From Mobula hypostoma (taxonomy: Eukaryota), in contig NC_086108.1 in the NCBI RefSeq assembly GCF_963921235.1, forward strand, positions 107,262,001-107,326,000: DNA of 64,000 nt. The letters are read 5' to 3'. This document shows positions 26,161 to 36,720 of the stretch, piece by piece. Position 1 is the first letter of the stretch. Each line of letters starts with the position of its first letter. The translations under genes were made by a program, and so were the position numbers. The notes under the pieces were generated by a model. It was not told where the DNA came from, did no database searches, and worked only from the letters and a program-made list of their open reading frames with translations.

Positions 26161-27564
26161 ATGGTGGAGACGTATCTCCACCTTGCCACCCTGCAGGATA
26201 AAACATAATAGTGTCAAAGAAAGTGTAGTACAAGCAGACAATAAGGTGCAAGATCATAATGAGGTCAATTATGAGACCAAGAATATAACTTATTGTCACT
26301 CAACTCTCCATCTCTTTCCTGTACTCCAAGTCATCATTATTTGAGATGTGGCCCACAACAGTAATATCATCTGCACACTTGTAGGTGATTATTATTATCA
26401 TTTCCACATGTACTGAGATACAGTGAATAGCTTCTTTTGCGTACTGTTCGTACAGATCAGATCATTACACAGTGCATTGAGGTAGAACAAGGTAAAACAA
26501 TAACAATACAGAATAAAGTGTAACAGCTGCAGAGGAAGTGAAGTGCGGGTAAATGATAAAGTGCAAAATATATTAATCTTGTTTGGTTAATAGCATCAAA
26601 AATAGTAAGGGCAGCAATGGTAGCTTTGCGATTAGTATAACGCTATTAAACTGCCAGCAACTGGTTTGTACGTTCTCCCGATGACTGCATGTGTTTTCTT
26701 AGGGTGCTTCAGTTCCATCCCACATTCCAAAGACGTGCAGGTCAGCAGGTCAGCAGGGTAACTGGGTATATTGGTGTCGTTGGGTGGCAAGGTCTCATTG
26801 GGCCAGAAAGGCCAGTTACTCTGCTGTATCTTTAAATAAAATTAAAATGTACTGTAGCGTTGGCTGAGGAGAAGTTCAATGATCAAAGAAAATTTATTAT
26901 CAAAATATGCATAGGTCACCTTATACTACTCAGATTCATTTCCTAGGCATTCACAGTGGAACAGAGAACTACAATAGAATCAAAGAAAAGCTACACACAA
27001 AGACTGCCAGACAACCAATGGGCAAAAGAAGATAAAGTGTGCAAGCTTAAATAAATAATACTGAGAACATGAGTTGTAGAGTCCTTTAAAGTCAATCCAT
27101 AGGTTGTGGAATCTGTTTAGAGTTGAGTTGAGGTGAGTCAAGGTCTGGTTCAAAAGCTAGATGGTTGATGGGTAATATCTGTTCCTAATCCTGGTGGTGT
27201 GGGGCCTAATCAAGGGAAATGTGAGACCTAAGGAAAAGGAGAGTCATTCCAGAGAACAAGGATCTTTCCCAGCCATATGAGCAGATTAATTGGTTATACT
27301 GGCTACTGGTTACATCTGGCGTGGAGGGGCACCTGTCCAAGAAAAGAAAAATCTGCAGGAAGTTGTAACCTCAGCCAACTCCACCGTGGGCATTAGGCTC
27401 CCCAGCTTCGAGATCACCTTCAAAAAGGAAGCATCCATCAATAAGGACTCCATCACCCAACACATGCCCTCTTTTTATTGTTACTATCAGGGAAGAAGTA
27501 CTGGATTGTGAAGACACACGATATGGAGAGCAAGCTGTTGCCCATGTAGCAAGCTCCCCTTCTC

Positions 27565-28530
27565 CATACATCTAATGAACCCAAAGCAATGGCAGAGACT
27601 GATACAGTTTGGCACCAGCAGCATTGCAGGAGTTGTCAGTCAGCATTGAACTCAATGCTGACCGCCTTAGGGACTCCAGCTCCGGGCTTTTCCCTTGGGG
27701 GTTTACTTCTGAAGCCTTCTTCATGAGTGGGTATGGCCTCAAGGCAGCGGACATTTGAGATCAGAGTTTTCCTTCTCCTAGATGAGCTGTCAATCACAAG
27801 CCGCATCTGCCTGAAGCAACTGATTTTAAGGGGCTATTAGCCCTCCTTTGCCTCTCTTCTTGTCAGTTCAGACGGGTTTAATAGCTGAGCCATAAGTGAA
27901 CGCCAGGAGCTGGGCTTGGAGGTCAGATGTTACTTGAGGCACACACCATTGGGAGCATTTAATAGGCAGTGGGAGCTTGTTCCCATTACCACCCCTGGCT
28001 AAAATAACATTAAGGAACCATGGGATATATGGGGTGTCCAAGGAGTGGTAGAACCACAGGTGAAGGGGCTTGTTGTGTCCATTCTGAGGCAGCTCACTCA
28101 TCTTCAGTCTCCATTGGACACTCATCTCTCACCGCTGGCTCCAAGTAGCTGTTTGCATGCGACAGCAAACACACCCTGGTACACCACTTCAACAGGTGGG
28201 CTAAACCAGGTGAGGGTAATCAACAGCCCACATCCCAGTGACATAGGATATCCTGTCCTAGCATGAAAAGTCAGCTCTAATGGACAGAGTGATGAGGTCT
28301 AGAGTGAGATCCAAAGGCCAGGAAGGTGGAACCGCAATACTCCGTGGAGAGTAAAGGGCTTGACCAGGCACAGAAGATGTCGTTGTCATCTACTGCAATC
28401 AAGGAAGAGCCCAGTTTGTGATGCTTGTTTATACCACTGGACCAGGACTTCTGAGATCAGGAGAGTGGAGCTGCCCCAGTGCAATGGTTTTACCACTTTA
28501 AAAACTCTCCCGTCATTGTCAAACATGAAG
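27565..28530 (-). mobile_element. Degenerate RTE-like element (5' leader region)
   Basis: Reverse strand ggagaaggaaaactctgatctcaaa...cccaagggaaaagcccggagctggagtccctaagg resembles RTE/Expander leaders. Confidence 0.5.
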
Positions 28531-28546
28531 GACAACACCAGATCAT

Positions 28547-28548
<2 letters not shown>

Positions 28549-28585
<37 letters not shown>
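28549..28585. repeat. (TG)n microsatellite
   Basis: Direct observation. Confidence 0.95.
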
Positions 28586-28589
<4 letters not shown>

Positions 28590-28928
28590 AATGTAATTTA
28601 AAGTTTTATTATTAATATTATGTATTACAATGTACTGGTGCTGGAAAACAACAAATTTCACGACATATACCGGTGATATTGTAGAGTAATTTAATTGGCG
28701 GAAATGTACAAAATTCACAACCACCGACATTGAGTTGGGATTTCAATTTAAGAGGCTGGTCTGATGTGATGATGTAATTACCACGCTTTGTGTTCAGATT
28801 TTTGGAGTTCAATTTTACGTTTTTTTCTTAAACATAAAATGTCTCATGTCATTTTTATTTTTGAAAACCTACAAAATTAAATCTGATTCTAATTCTGATT
28901 CGGAGAGAGACCCAGGCCGTTGTTTTAC

Positions 28929-29007
28929 CATATGATTTGAAAGACAACTGCTTCTGTGTATAGCATTCCTACACCAGGGAACAAGCTGGATTTTTGGGCT
29001 GAAATCT
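28929..29007 (-). CDS. Candidate 79-nt internal exon
   Basis: Acceptor ttttttcatcactttgtctctccag and donor ATG|gtaaaa in a unique island. Phase 2 to 0 reading DFSPKIQLVPWCRNAIHRSSCLSNHM. Confidence 0.4.
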
Positions 29008-29559
29008 CTGGAGAGACAAAGTGATGAAAAAACCTTCTGTCTCAAGAAAAAGAATGTATACGAAGATGAGCTCCAGATGACACACGAGGATTGGGAGCCT
29101 TGCCATTGAGTGGGCTGTGCATCATTCTGAAGGTAGGGGAATTCAAATTCTAATGCTCCCCGTCAGCATGTTCCAAGCCAGATGTCATTTTTGCAAAGCT
29201 TCTCATGTAAAGCAGGAAATTACATAAAATAACATGCTTCGAATTGAAAACATCGGGGGATGCTGAGAAATCGCAGGCACTCCATCATTAGATGTGAGAA
29301 ATTGAGTTCATTCTTGGATTATAAACATGAGAAAATCTGCAGACGCTGGAAATCCAGAGCAACAAACACAAAATGCTGGAGGAACTCAGCAAGTCAGGCA
29401 GCATCTATGGAAATGAATAAACAGTTGACATTTTGAGCTGTGACTATTCGTCGGACTGAGAAGGAAGGGGGTAAAAGCCAGAAGAAAAAGGTGGGGGAAG
29501 GGGAAGGAGGATAGCTAGAAGGTGATAGGTGAAGCCAGACGGGTTGGAAAGATAAACAG

Positions 29560-31235
29560 TAGACAATAGACAAGAGGTGCAGGAGTAGGCCATTCAGCCC
29601 TTCGAGCCAGCACCACCATTCACTGTGATCATGGCTGATCATCCACAATCAGTACCTTATCCTGCCTTCTCCCCATATCCCTTCACTCCGCTACCTTTAA
29701 AAGCTCTATCTAACTCTTTATTGATTCCCCCGGGATCAATAAAGTATGGCTATGACTATGACTATGAATCCAGAGAATTGGCCTCCACTGCCTTCTGAGG
29801 CAGAGCATTCCACAGATCCACAACCCACTGTGTGAAAAAGTTTTTCCTCAAATCCGTTCTAAGTTGTCTACCCCTTATTCTTAAACTGTGGCCTCTTGTT
29901 CTGGACTCCCCCAACATCGGGAACATGTTTCCTGCCTCTAGCGTGTCCAATTCCTTAATAATCTTATATGTTTCAATCAGATCCCCTCTCATCCTTCTAA
30001 ATTCCAGTGTATACAACCCCAGTTGCTCCAATCTTTCAACATATGACAGTCCCGCCATCCCGGGAATTACCTCGTGAACCTACGCTGCACTCCCTCAATA
30101 GCTAGCGTGTCCTTCCTCAAATTTGGAGACCAAAACTGTACACAATACTCCAGGTGTGGTCTCACCAGGGCCCTGTACAACTGCAGAAGGACCTCTTTGC
30201 TCCTATACTCAACTCCCCTTGTTATGAAGGCCAACATGCCATTAGGTTTCTTCACTGCCTGCTGTACCTGTATGCTTACTTTCAGTGACTGATGAACATG
30301 GACACCAAGATCTCGTTGTACTTCCCCTTTTCCTAATTTGACACCATTCAGATAGTAATCTGCCTTTCTGTTCTTGCCACCAAAGTGGATAACCTCACAT
30401 TTATCCACAGTAAACTGCATTTGCCATGCATCTGCCCACTCACCTAACCTGTCCAAGTCACCCTGCATTCTCATAACATCCTCCTCACATTTCACACTGT
30501 CACCCAGTTTTGTGTCATCTGCAAATTTGTTAATGTTACTTTTAATCCCTTTATCTAAATCATTAATGTATATTGTAAATAGCTGTGGTCCCAACACAGA
30601 GCCTTGAGGTACCCCACTAGTCACCTCCTGCCATTCTGAAAGGACCCGTTAATCCGTACTCTTTGTTTCCTGTCTGCCAACCAATTTTCTATCCATGTTA
30701 GTACCCTACCCCCATTACCATGTACTCCAATTTTGCCCACTAATCTCCTATGTGGGACCTTATCAAAGGCTTTCTGAAAGTCCAGGTACACTACATCCAC
30801 TGGCTTTCCCATGTCCATTTTCATAGTTACATCCTCAAAAAATTCCAGAAGATTAGTTAAGCATGACTTTCCCTTCATAAATCCATGCTGACTCGGACCT
30901 ATCCTACCACTGCTATCCAAATATTCCGCTATTTCATCTTTTATAATTGATTCCAGCATCTTCCCACCACTGACGTCAGACTAACTGGTCTATAATTGCC
31001 TGTTTTCTCTCTCCCTCCTTTCTTAAAAAGTGGGATAACATTAACTGCCCTCCAATCCACAGGAACTGATCCTGAATCTATAGAACATTGGAAGTGATTA
31101 CCAATGCATCCATGATTTCTAGAGCCACCTCCTTAAGTACCCTGGGATGCAGACCATCAGGCCCTGGGGATTTATCAGCCTTCAGTCCCATCAGTTTACC
31201 CAACACCATTTTCTGCCTAATGTGAATCTCCTTCA
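29560..31235 (-). mobile_element. CR1 LINE RT half, with a Rex1 3' tail inserted at ~29720-29767
   Basis: QHGFMKGKSCLTNLLEFFE, YLDFQKAFDKVPH, GVPQGSVLGPQLF, FADD, LVRPHLEYCVQFW. Inserted segment is cccccgggatcaataaagtatggctatgactatg. Confidence 0.93.
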
Positions 31236-31236
31236 G

Positions 31237-31274
31237 GACTCCTGACGAAGGGTCTCAGCCCGAAACATCGACTG
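31237..31274 (+). ncRNA. Minimal type-I hammerhead ribozyme-like motif in a Penelope terminus (slightly mutated)
   Basis: CTGACGA (31242-48), stem II gggt-ctca-gccc, GAAA (31262-65), c-ATC, gactg. Stem I and the NUH triplet carry substitutions relative to the family consensus. Confidence 0.65.
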
Positions 31275-31339
31275 TACCTCTTCCTGTAGGTGCTGCCTGG
31301 CCTGCTGCATTCACCAGCATTTCTTATGTGTGTTGCTTG

Positions 31340-31912
31340 AAGATAATGTTGAGGCTTTATAAGGCACTAGTCAAGCTGCGCTCGGAGTTTGTCAACAGTT
31401 TTAGGCCCCATATCTCAGAAAGGATATGTTGTCATTGGAGAGAGTCCAGAGGAGGTTCACGAGGATGGTTTCAGGAACGAAGGGGTTGGCATATGAGGAG
31501 CGTTAGGCAGTTTTCGGCCTGTACTCATTGGAATTTAGAAAAATGCATGAGGTTCTCATTGAAAGCTTCTGAATGTTGAAAGGACTAAATAAAGTGGATG
31601 TGGAGAGAATGTATCCAGAACTAAAGGGCACAGCCTCAAAATTGAGAGGTGATCTTTTAGAACACAGGTAAGGAGGATTTTTTTTTAGTCAGAGAGTTGT
31701 GAATCTGTGGAATACTCTGCCACAGATTGCGATAGAGGCCAAGACCATGGGTATATTTAAAGTGTTCCCTAATTGGTCAGGGCATCAAAGGATATGGTGA
31801 GAAGACAGGCGTGTGGGGTTGAGTGGGATCCAGGATCAGCCATGATAGAATGGCAGAGCAGACTCGATGGGCTGAATGGCCTAATTCTGCTCCTACATCT
31901 GATGGTCTTATG
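31340..31912 (+). mobile_element. CR1 3' fragment
   Basis: MLRLYKALVK... and the CR1 3'UTR. Confidence 0.85.
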
Positions 31913-32115
31913 GACATGTCAGAACAGGAATAGGAATTGGAATTAAAACGTTTGGCCACTGGGAAGTTTCACATTTGGTGGATGGAATGGAGGTGCTCGA
32001 TGAAGCTGTCCCCCTATTGAGGATGGGTCTCACCAATGTAGAAGACACTGTACTGGGAGCACTGGATACAATAGACGACCCCAGCAGATTTGCAGAAGTA
32101 TTGCCTCACCTGTAA
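31912..32115 (-). pseudogene. Penelope GIY-YIG endonuclease remnant
   Basis: CKSAGVVYCIQCSQYSVFYIGETHPQ*GDSFIEHLHSI...FPVAKRFNS. Confidence 0.85.
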
Positions 32116-32177
32116 ATTCTTGGATTATATTGGGTTATAATCTATACTCTGGTTGGTACCAGCCCACCCTAAATTAA

Positions 32178-32480
32178 AGGCATCCGTTAGTCTTGCAAGA
32201 CCATGGATCTGCGCCTGGAAAGTCTTCACTCTCCAGGGCGCAGGCCTGGGCAAGGTTGCATGGAAGAACAGCAGTTGTTCATGCTGCAAGTCTCCCCTCT
32301 CCATGACACCAATGTTGTCCAAGGGAAGGGCATTAGGACCCATACAGCTTGGCACCAGCGTCGCAGAGCAATGTGTGATTAAGTTCCTTGCTCAAGGACA
32401 CAACACGTTCCCTTGGCTGGGGCTCAAACTCACGACCTTCAGGTAGCTAGTCCAATGCCTTAACCACTTGGCCACGTGCT
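32178..32480 (-). mobile_element. tRNA-derived SINE
   Basis: A-box tggccaagtgg, B-box-like gagtttgagcc, core gtgtccttgagcaagg. Second copy at ~36197-36475. Confidence 0.85.
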
Positions 32481-32853
32481 CACACATCCAGCCTACCCAC
32501 CATCAAAGATATACAATGTATACAGAAAGGTGCCAGAACAAAGTCAGCAAAATCATGAAGGATTCCACCCTCCATGCTCGTGGACTGATCCTCTCACTCC
32601 CATCAGGGAGCAGGCTTGTAGGACAACCATCATTCAAAAACAGTTACTTTCCTCAGGCAGTAAGGCTGATCAACACCTCCACCCACTAACCTACACCTCC
32701 ACAACCCCAAGTGCAACTATTTTATCAATTGCTGTCAATCAACCTACATACAGACACTCCTGTGCCTAGTATCACTTTATGCACACACAATTAATCTACA
32801 GTATGTTTATGAGATAATCTTATTTATTTATGTTTATTGTGTTTTTATGCTGC

Positions 32854-33045
32854 ACTGAACCCCATCTATACTCTCTGCAGAAGCTCACAAACCTGAACAT
32901 TTCGACTGAACCCCATCGATACTCTCTGTAGGAGCTCACAAACTGCACACCTCCACTGAACCCCATCAATACCCTCTGTAGGAGCTCACAAACTAAACAT
33001 CCCCACTAAACCCCATTGATATTCTCTGCAGAAGCTGACAAACCT
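32854..33045. repeat. Minisatellite, four ~50-bp units
   Basis: Units actgaaccccatc.atactctctg.ag.agctcacaaac start at 32854, 32905, 32955 and 33005. Confidence 0.9.
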
Positions 33046-33220
33046 GCCGCTGATTTCTGGAATGTAGTCCACAAGCTAAGGTGGCACTAGACAGTGATTT
33101 CTTCGAGCTCATCTGTGGAAACAGCTTATTTTATCTTTAATATTTCTCTTTTTACTTTTCATAATGGATGGGGTTCTGTTGACCTAGAGCTACACTCAAA
33201 CTTTGGTTCTTTGCGGCGAT

Positions 33221-34015
33221 CAATGTTCCCTCTAAGATGCACACACATCTTCTGCTACTAGCACGCAAAGAAATTTAAACTGCGCACAAAAGATTGTCAC
33301 CCTCTACCTCATTGGCAAGATAAGTATATTTCATGATTGTACACAATCACAGTTCCTTTTCCAGTTCCTGATGTGGACAGTGTTGACAGCGTGTGATGAT
33401 TTGACTGCAGATTTTAGAATTGGCTTATTTATACTGTTTTATTGAAGAAGTTATTGATTCAGTATGTCGAATTCCAAAGAAGCAAAGGGCGTGAAGCACA
33501 AAAGAACTGCTAGTTCACTTAAAGTGGAATGACTTAATGAAACAGTAGAAACTACTACCCTGAAAGCCCACGAGGTCAGGAACGTGCAGCTACAAGAAAT
33601 ATTTATTTACAATACAGAAGCTGGTGTTACCCTGTGTGTTTTGCTATGATGCAAAAGTTGCTAGAGAACTTCCAAGTGGGAAGAAGTGGAGTCATGTTTG
33701 GAAACTTGACTTTTTAAAGTATCATTTATCAAGCAAAACACATATGGACAGTGTGCAAAACCTCCGGTGAGAAAACGGTTCATTGCCCACTGCAGGCCTG
33801 TTAGGTATGTTTTGTGAGGGTGCAGATGAATGAGAGTAAAAATAATCAAACCCAAAGGAGGTCAAAGTTCTTACTTACAGTGCTTTGCTAGCTGTTAAAA
33901 TGGATACATCTATATATAAAAATCAGCGTGCACATGTTGTTGTCACTGGGCAAAAAAAATTGCAAAGCACAGGATTTTTCTGCCTACTGGTTATTACAAA
34001 GTAGAGGGAACATTG
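33221..34015. mobile_element. hAT (Tip100-like) non-autonomous element
   Basis: Perfect 14-bp TIR CAATGTTCCCTCTA...TAGAGGGAACATTG. 8-bp TSD gcggcgat/gcagcgat. Sits inside another ~33050-34720 repeat. Confidence 0.9.
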
Positions 34016-34809
34016 GCAGCGATGTGACATGCTCCCAGGGCTCACTGACCGACCGTTTCTCAATATCTCAAGCATGCAGCCTAGAACAAGCGCCCCTTTG
34101 GTGTTGTGATGCTTTGCGGCCCTGGGGATGAGGCAGTACTATGCCAGTGGCAGCAACTGAAACATCACAGGAGAAAATGGAATATCCGGAAGAGTGGATC
34201 AGCTGTCAGGAGCTCCATAAGTGGATCGCACTCTGTCTCTCACTTTCTCTCATTGGTGGGGGAGAGCTTGTTGCCGATTCTCGAGTCAGAGAACTCGGGA
34301 AAAAGCTACACGGCAGACTTTAACACCGTAAATCAGCAGGTTGTTTTATCTTGTTTATGTCTTTCCTCTCACTGAGCGACTCCTCCCTGTCACTTTATTA
34401 GGGAGAGAGAGAGCCTGTGGTATGTCGAATTGTCGGCTGAACGATTAGCAGATCATGGTCTTACTTGGTGGATTTGCTATCAGTTGCTTGGTGGGTGAAG
34501 GGTGTTGATGCTTTTTGCTGAAGTAATTGAGGGAGGGGGAAGGTCATTGTTTTGCTGCCGCTTGTGCATGGGAGGAGGGTGTTGGGGGTCTTTAGGGTGC
34601 TGACAGTTTTTACTATTACTCATTCTTTGGGGCACTCTTCTGCTTCTGTTGATGTCTGTGAAGAATGATCATTTGAGGTTGTATATTGTATATATTCTCT
34701 GATATTAAATGCAACTATTGAACTATTAGTACCAGTTATTTTTCTCTTGTTAGAAATTCCTTTTCTCTCTACATACAAGCAAATGGAGTTGTCCATTTTG
34801 TCTCCATGG

Positions 34810-35090
34810 ATCTGCACTGCCATCCAGTCAAATCAAGTATTGACATCTCATCAGATCGAGTCCATATATCTGCACTGCTGTCCAATCAAATGAAGTCAAT
34901 TTATCTGCAATGCTGTCCAATCAGGCCAAGTCACTATCTGCACTGCCATCCAATCAGATCAGGTCCATGTATCTGCACTGCTGTCCAATCAAATGAAGCC
35001 TATTTATCTGCAATGCTGTCCAATCAGATCAAGACACGATCTGCACTGCCATCCAATCAGATGAAGTCCATCTATCAGCACTGACATTCA
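34810..35090. repeat. 33-35-bp minisatellite with a ~3-unit higher-order period and CCAAT cores
   Basis: About 8 units of atctgca(c/a)tgc..tccaatca(a/g). Confidence 0.9.
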
Positions 35091-35361
35091 ATCCATGGAC
35101 CTGTACAGGTGTCCTTTAAATGTTGTTATTAAACCAGTCTCAAACACTTCCTCTGGCACCTCTTTTCATGTGCAGACCACCCTCTGCATGAAGTAGTTGC
35201 TCCTCAGGTCCCTTTTAAATCTTCCCCCTCTCACCTTAAAACCTATGAACTCTTTGATTCCATTTCCTTGTGACCCTTTCTATGTCTCTCTGCCCTGCCC
35301 AGTGATTTTCTACATTTCTATAAGGTCACTCCTCGGTTTTCAGCACTCCATGAAATAAGGT

Positions 35362-35627
35362 TCTTACTGCACTGCGTCTGATGGATTGCAAAGTTGTGGC
35401 AAATGCGCATGCAGCCTATCGATCGTGTGGTGAATGGATTAGTGCAGCGTGCAGCAAGCACGCTGTTTTCAGCGGGGACTTTCCGCTGTAAGTGTTCTCC
35501 TCTCAGTGGACCCAGTTTGTCGCTCCCACACTGTAAGTTGGCTAGTGTGTGCTGTTTCTAACAAGACTCAGTAAAAACAATTAGTTATGTCACTCTGTTG
35601 TCGTCCTTGCTCTCCGCATAGGTAACA
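35362..35627 (+). mobile_element. Putative solo LTR inside a CR1
   Basis: Ends t(c)ttac...gtaaca. agtaaa signal followed by a GT-rich stretch. CpG-rich. Interrupts CR1 sequence. No clear TSD. Confidence 0.5.
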
Positions 35628-35869
35628 TTTATCTGTCCAAACTTGCCCGATAACTCAGGCCTTCAAGTCTTGGCAACATCCTTCCAAATCTTCTTTGCAC
35701 TCTGTCCAGCTTAATGTATAGGTATATGGGAGGGAGAGATTTGGATGGTTATGGGCCAATCACTGGCAATTGGGACTGGCAGGAAGGGACATTGTGGACA
35801 GCATTGGACTAATTTGCCAAAGGACCTGTTTCCATGCTGCTTTATTCTATGAGTCTTATGGTTATAAGA

Positions 35870-36720
35870 CCACAATACATCGGAACAGAACTCGGCCATT
35901 TGGCCCATTGAATCTGCTCCACGATTCTATCATGGCTGATTTATTGTCTCTCAACTCCATTCTCCTGCCTTCTAATCAAAAACCTATCAACCTCTCTTTT
36001 AAATATACCCAGTTTCTTGGCCACCACAGCAGCCTGTGGCAAAAATTTCACATATGCACCACAATTTCACTAAAGAAATTCCTCCTCAACTCTGTTCTAA
36101 AAGAAAATCTGTGTATTCTGAGGCTGCGCCTCTAGTTCCAGACTCCCTCACTGTAGGAAAAATTCTTTCCAAGTCCACTATATCTTTTTTTTTATAGGCA
36201 TCCGTTAGTCTCATGAGACCATGGATTTGTGCCTCGGAAAGTTTCCAGGGCACAGGCCTGGGCAAGGTTGTATGGAAGACCAGCAGTTGCCCATGCTGCA
36301 AGTCTCCGCTCTCCACGACACCAATGTTGTCCAAGGGAAGGGCATTAGGACCCATACAGCTTGGCACCAGTGTCGTCGCAGAGCAATGTGTGATTAAGTG
36401 CCTTGCTCAAGGACACAACACGCTGCCTCAGCCAAGGCTCGAACTAGCGACCTTCAAATCACTTGGCCACGCGCCAACACATCTAAGCCTTTCAATATTC
36501 AATACGTTTCAATTAATTCCTCCCTCATTCTTCTAAACACAGACCCAGAGCCATCAAGCACTCCTCACACATTAACACTTTAATTCCTGGGATCATTCTC
36601 TGAACCTCCTCTGGACCTTCTCAAATGCTACCACATTCTTTCTTAGTTAAGGGGCCCAAAAGTGCTCACAATACTCCAAGTACAGTCTGACTGATTCTCA
36701 ATATTCAAGTGCAGCCTTTC
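35870..36720 (-). mobile_element. CR1 3' fragment split by a tRNA-SINE
   Basis: CR1 3'UTR and RT C-terminus flank 36197-36475. Confidence 0.8.

Noticed and set aside
32400..32480. tRNA gene
   Set aside because: It has A/B boxes but continues into a SINE body that is repeated at 36197; no cloverleaf end or terminator.
34810..35090. CRISPR-like appearance of the regular array
   Set aside because: The segments between the cores are short and homologous to each other, there are no cas genes, and the context is eukaryotic.
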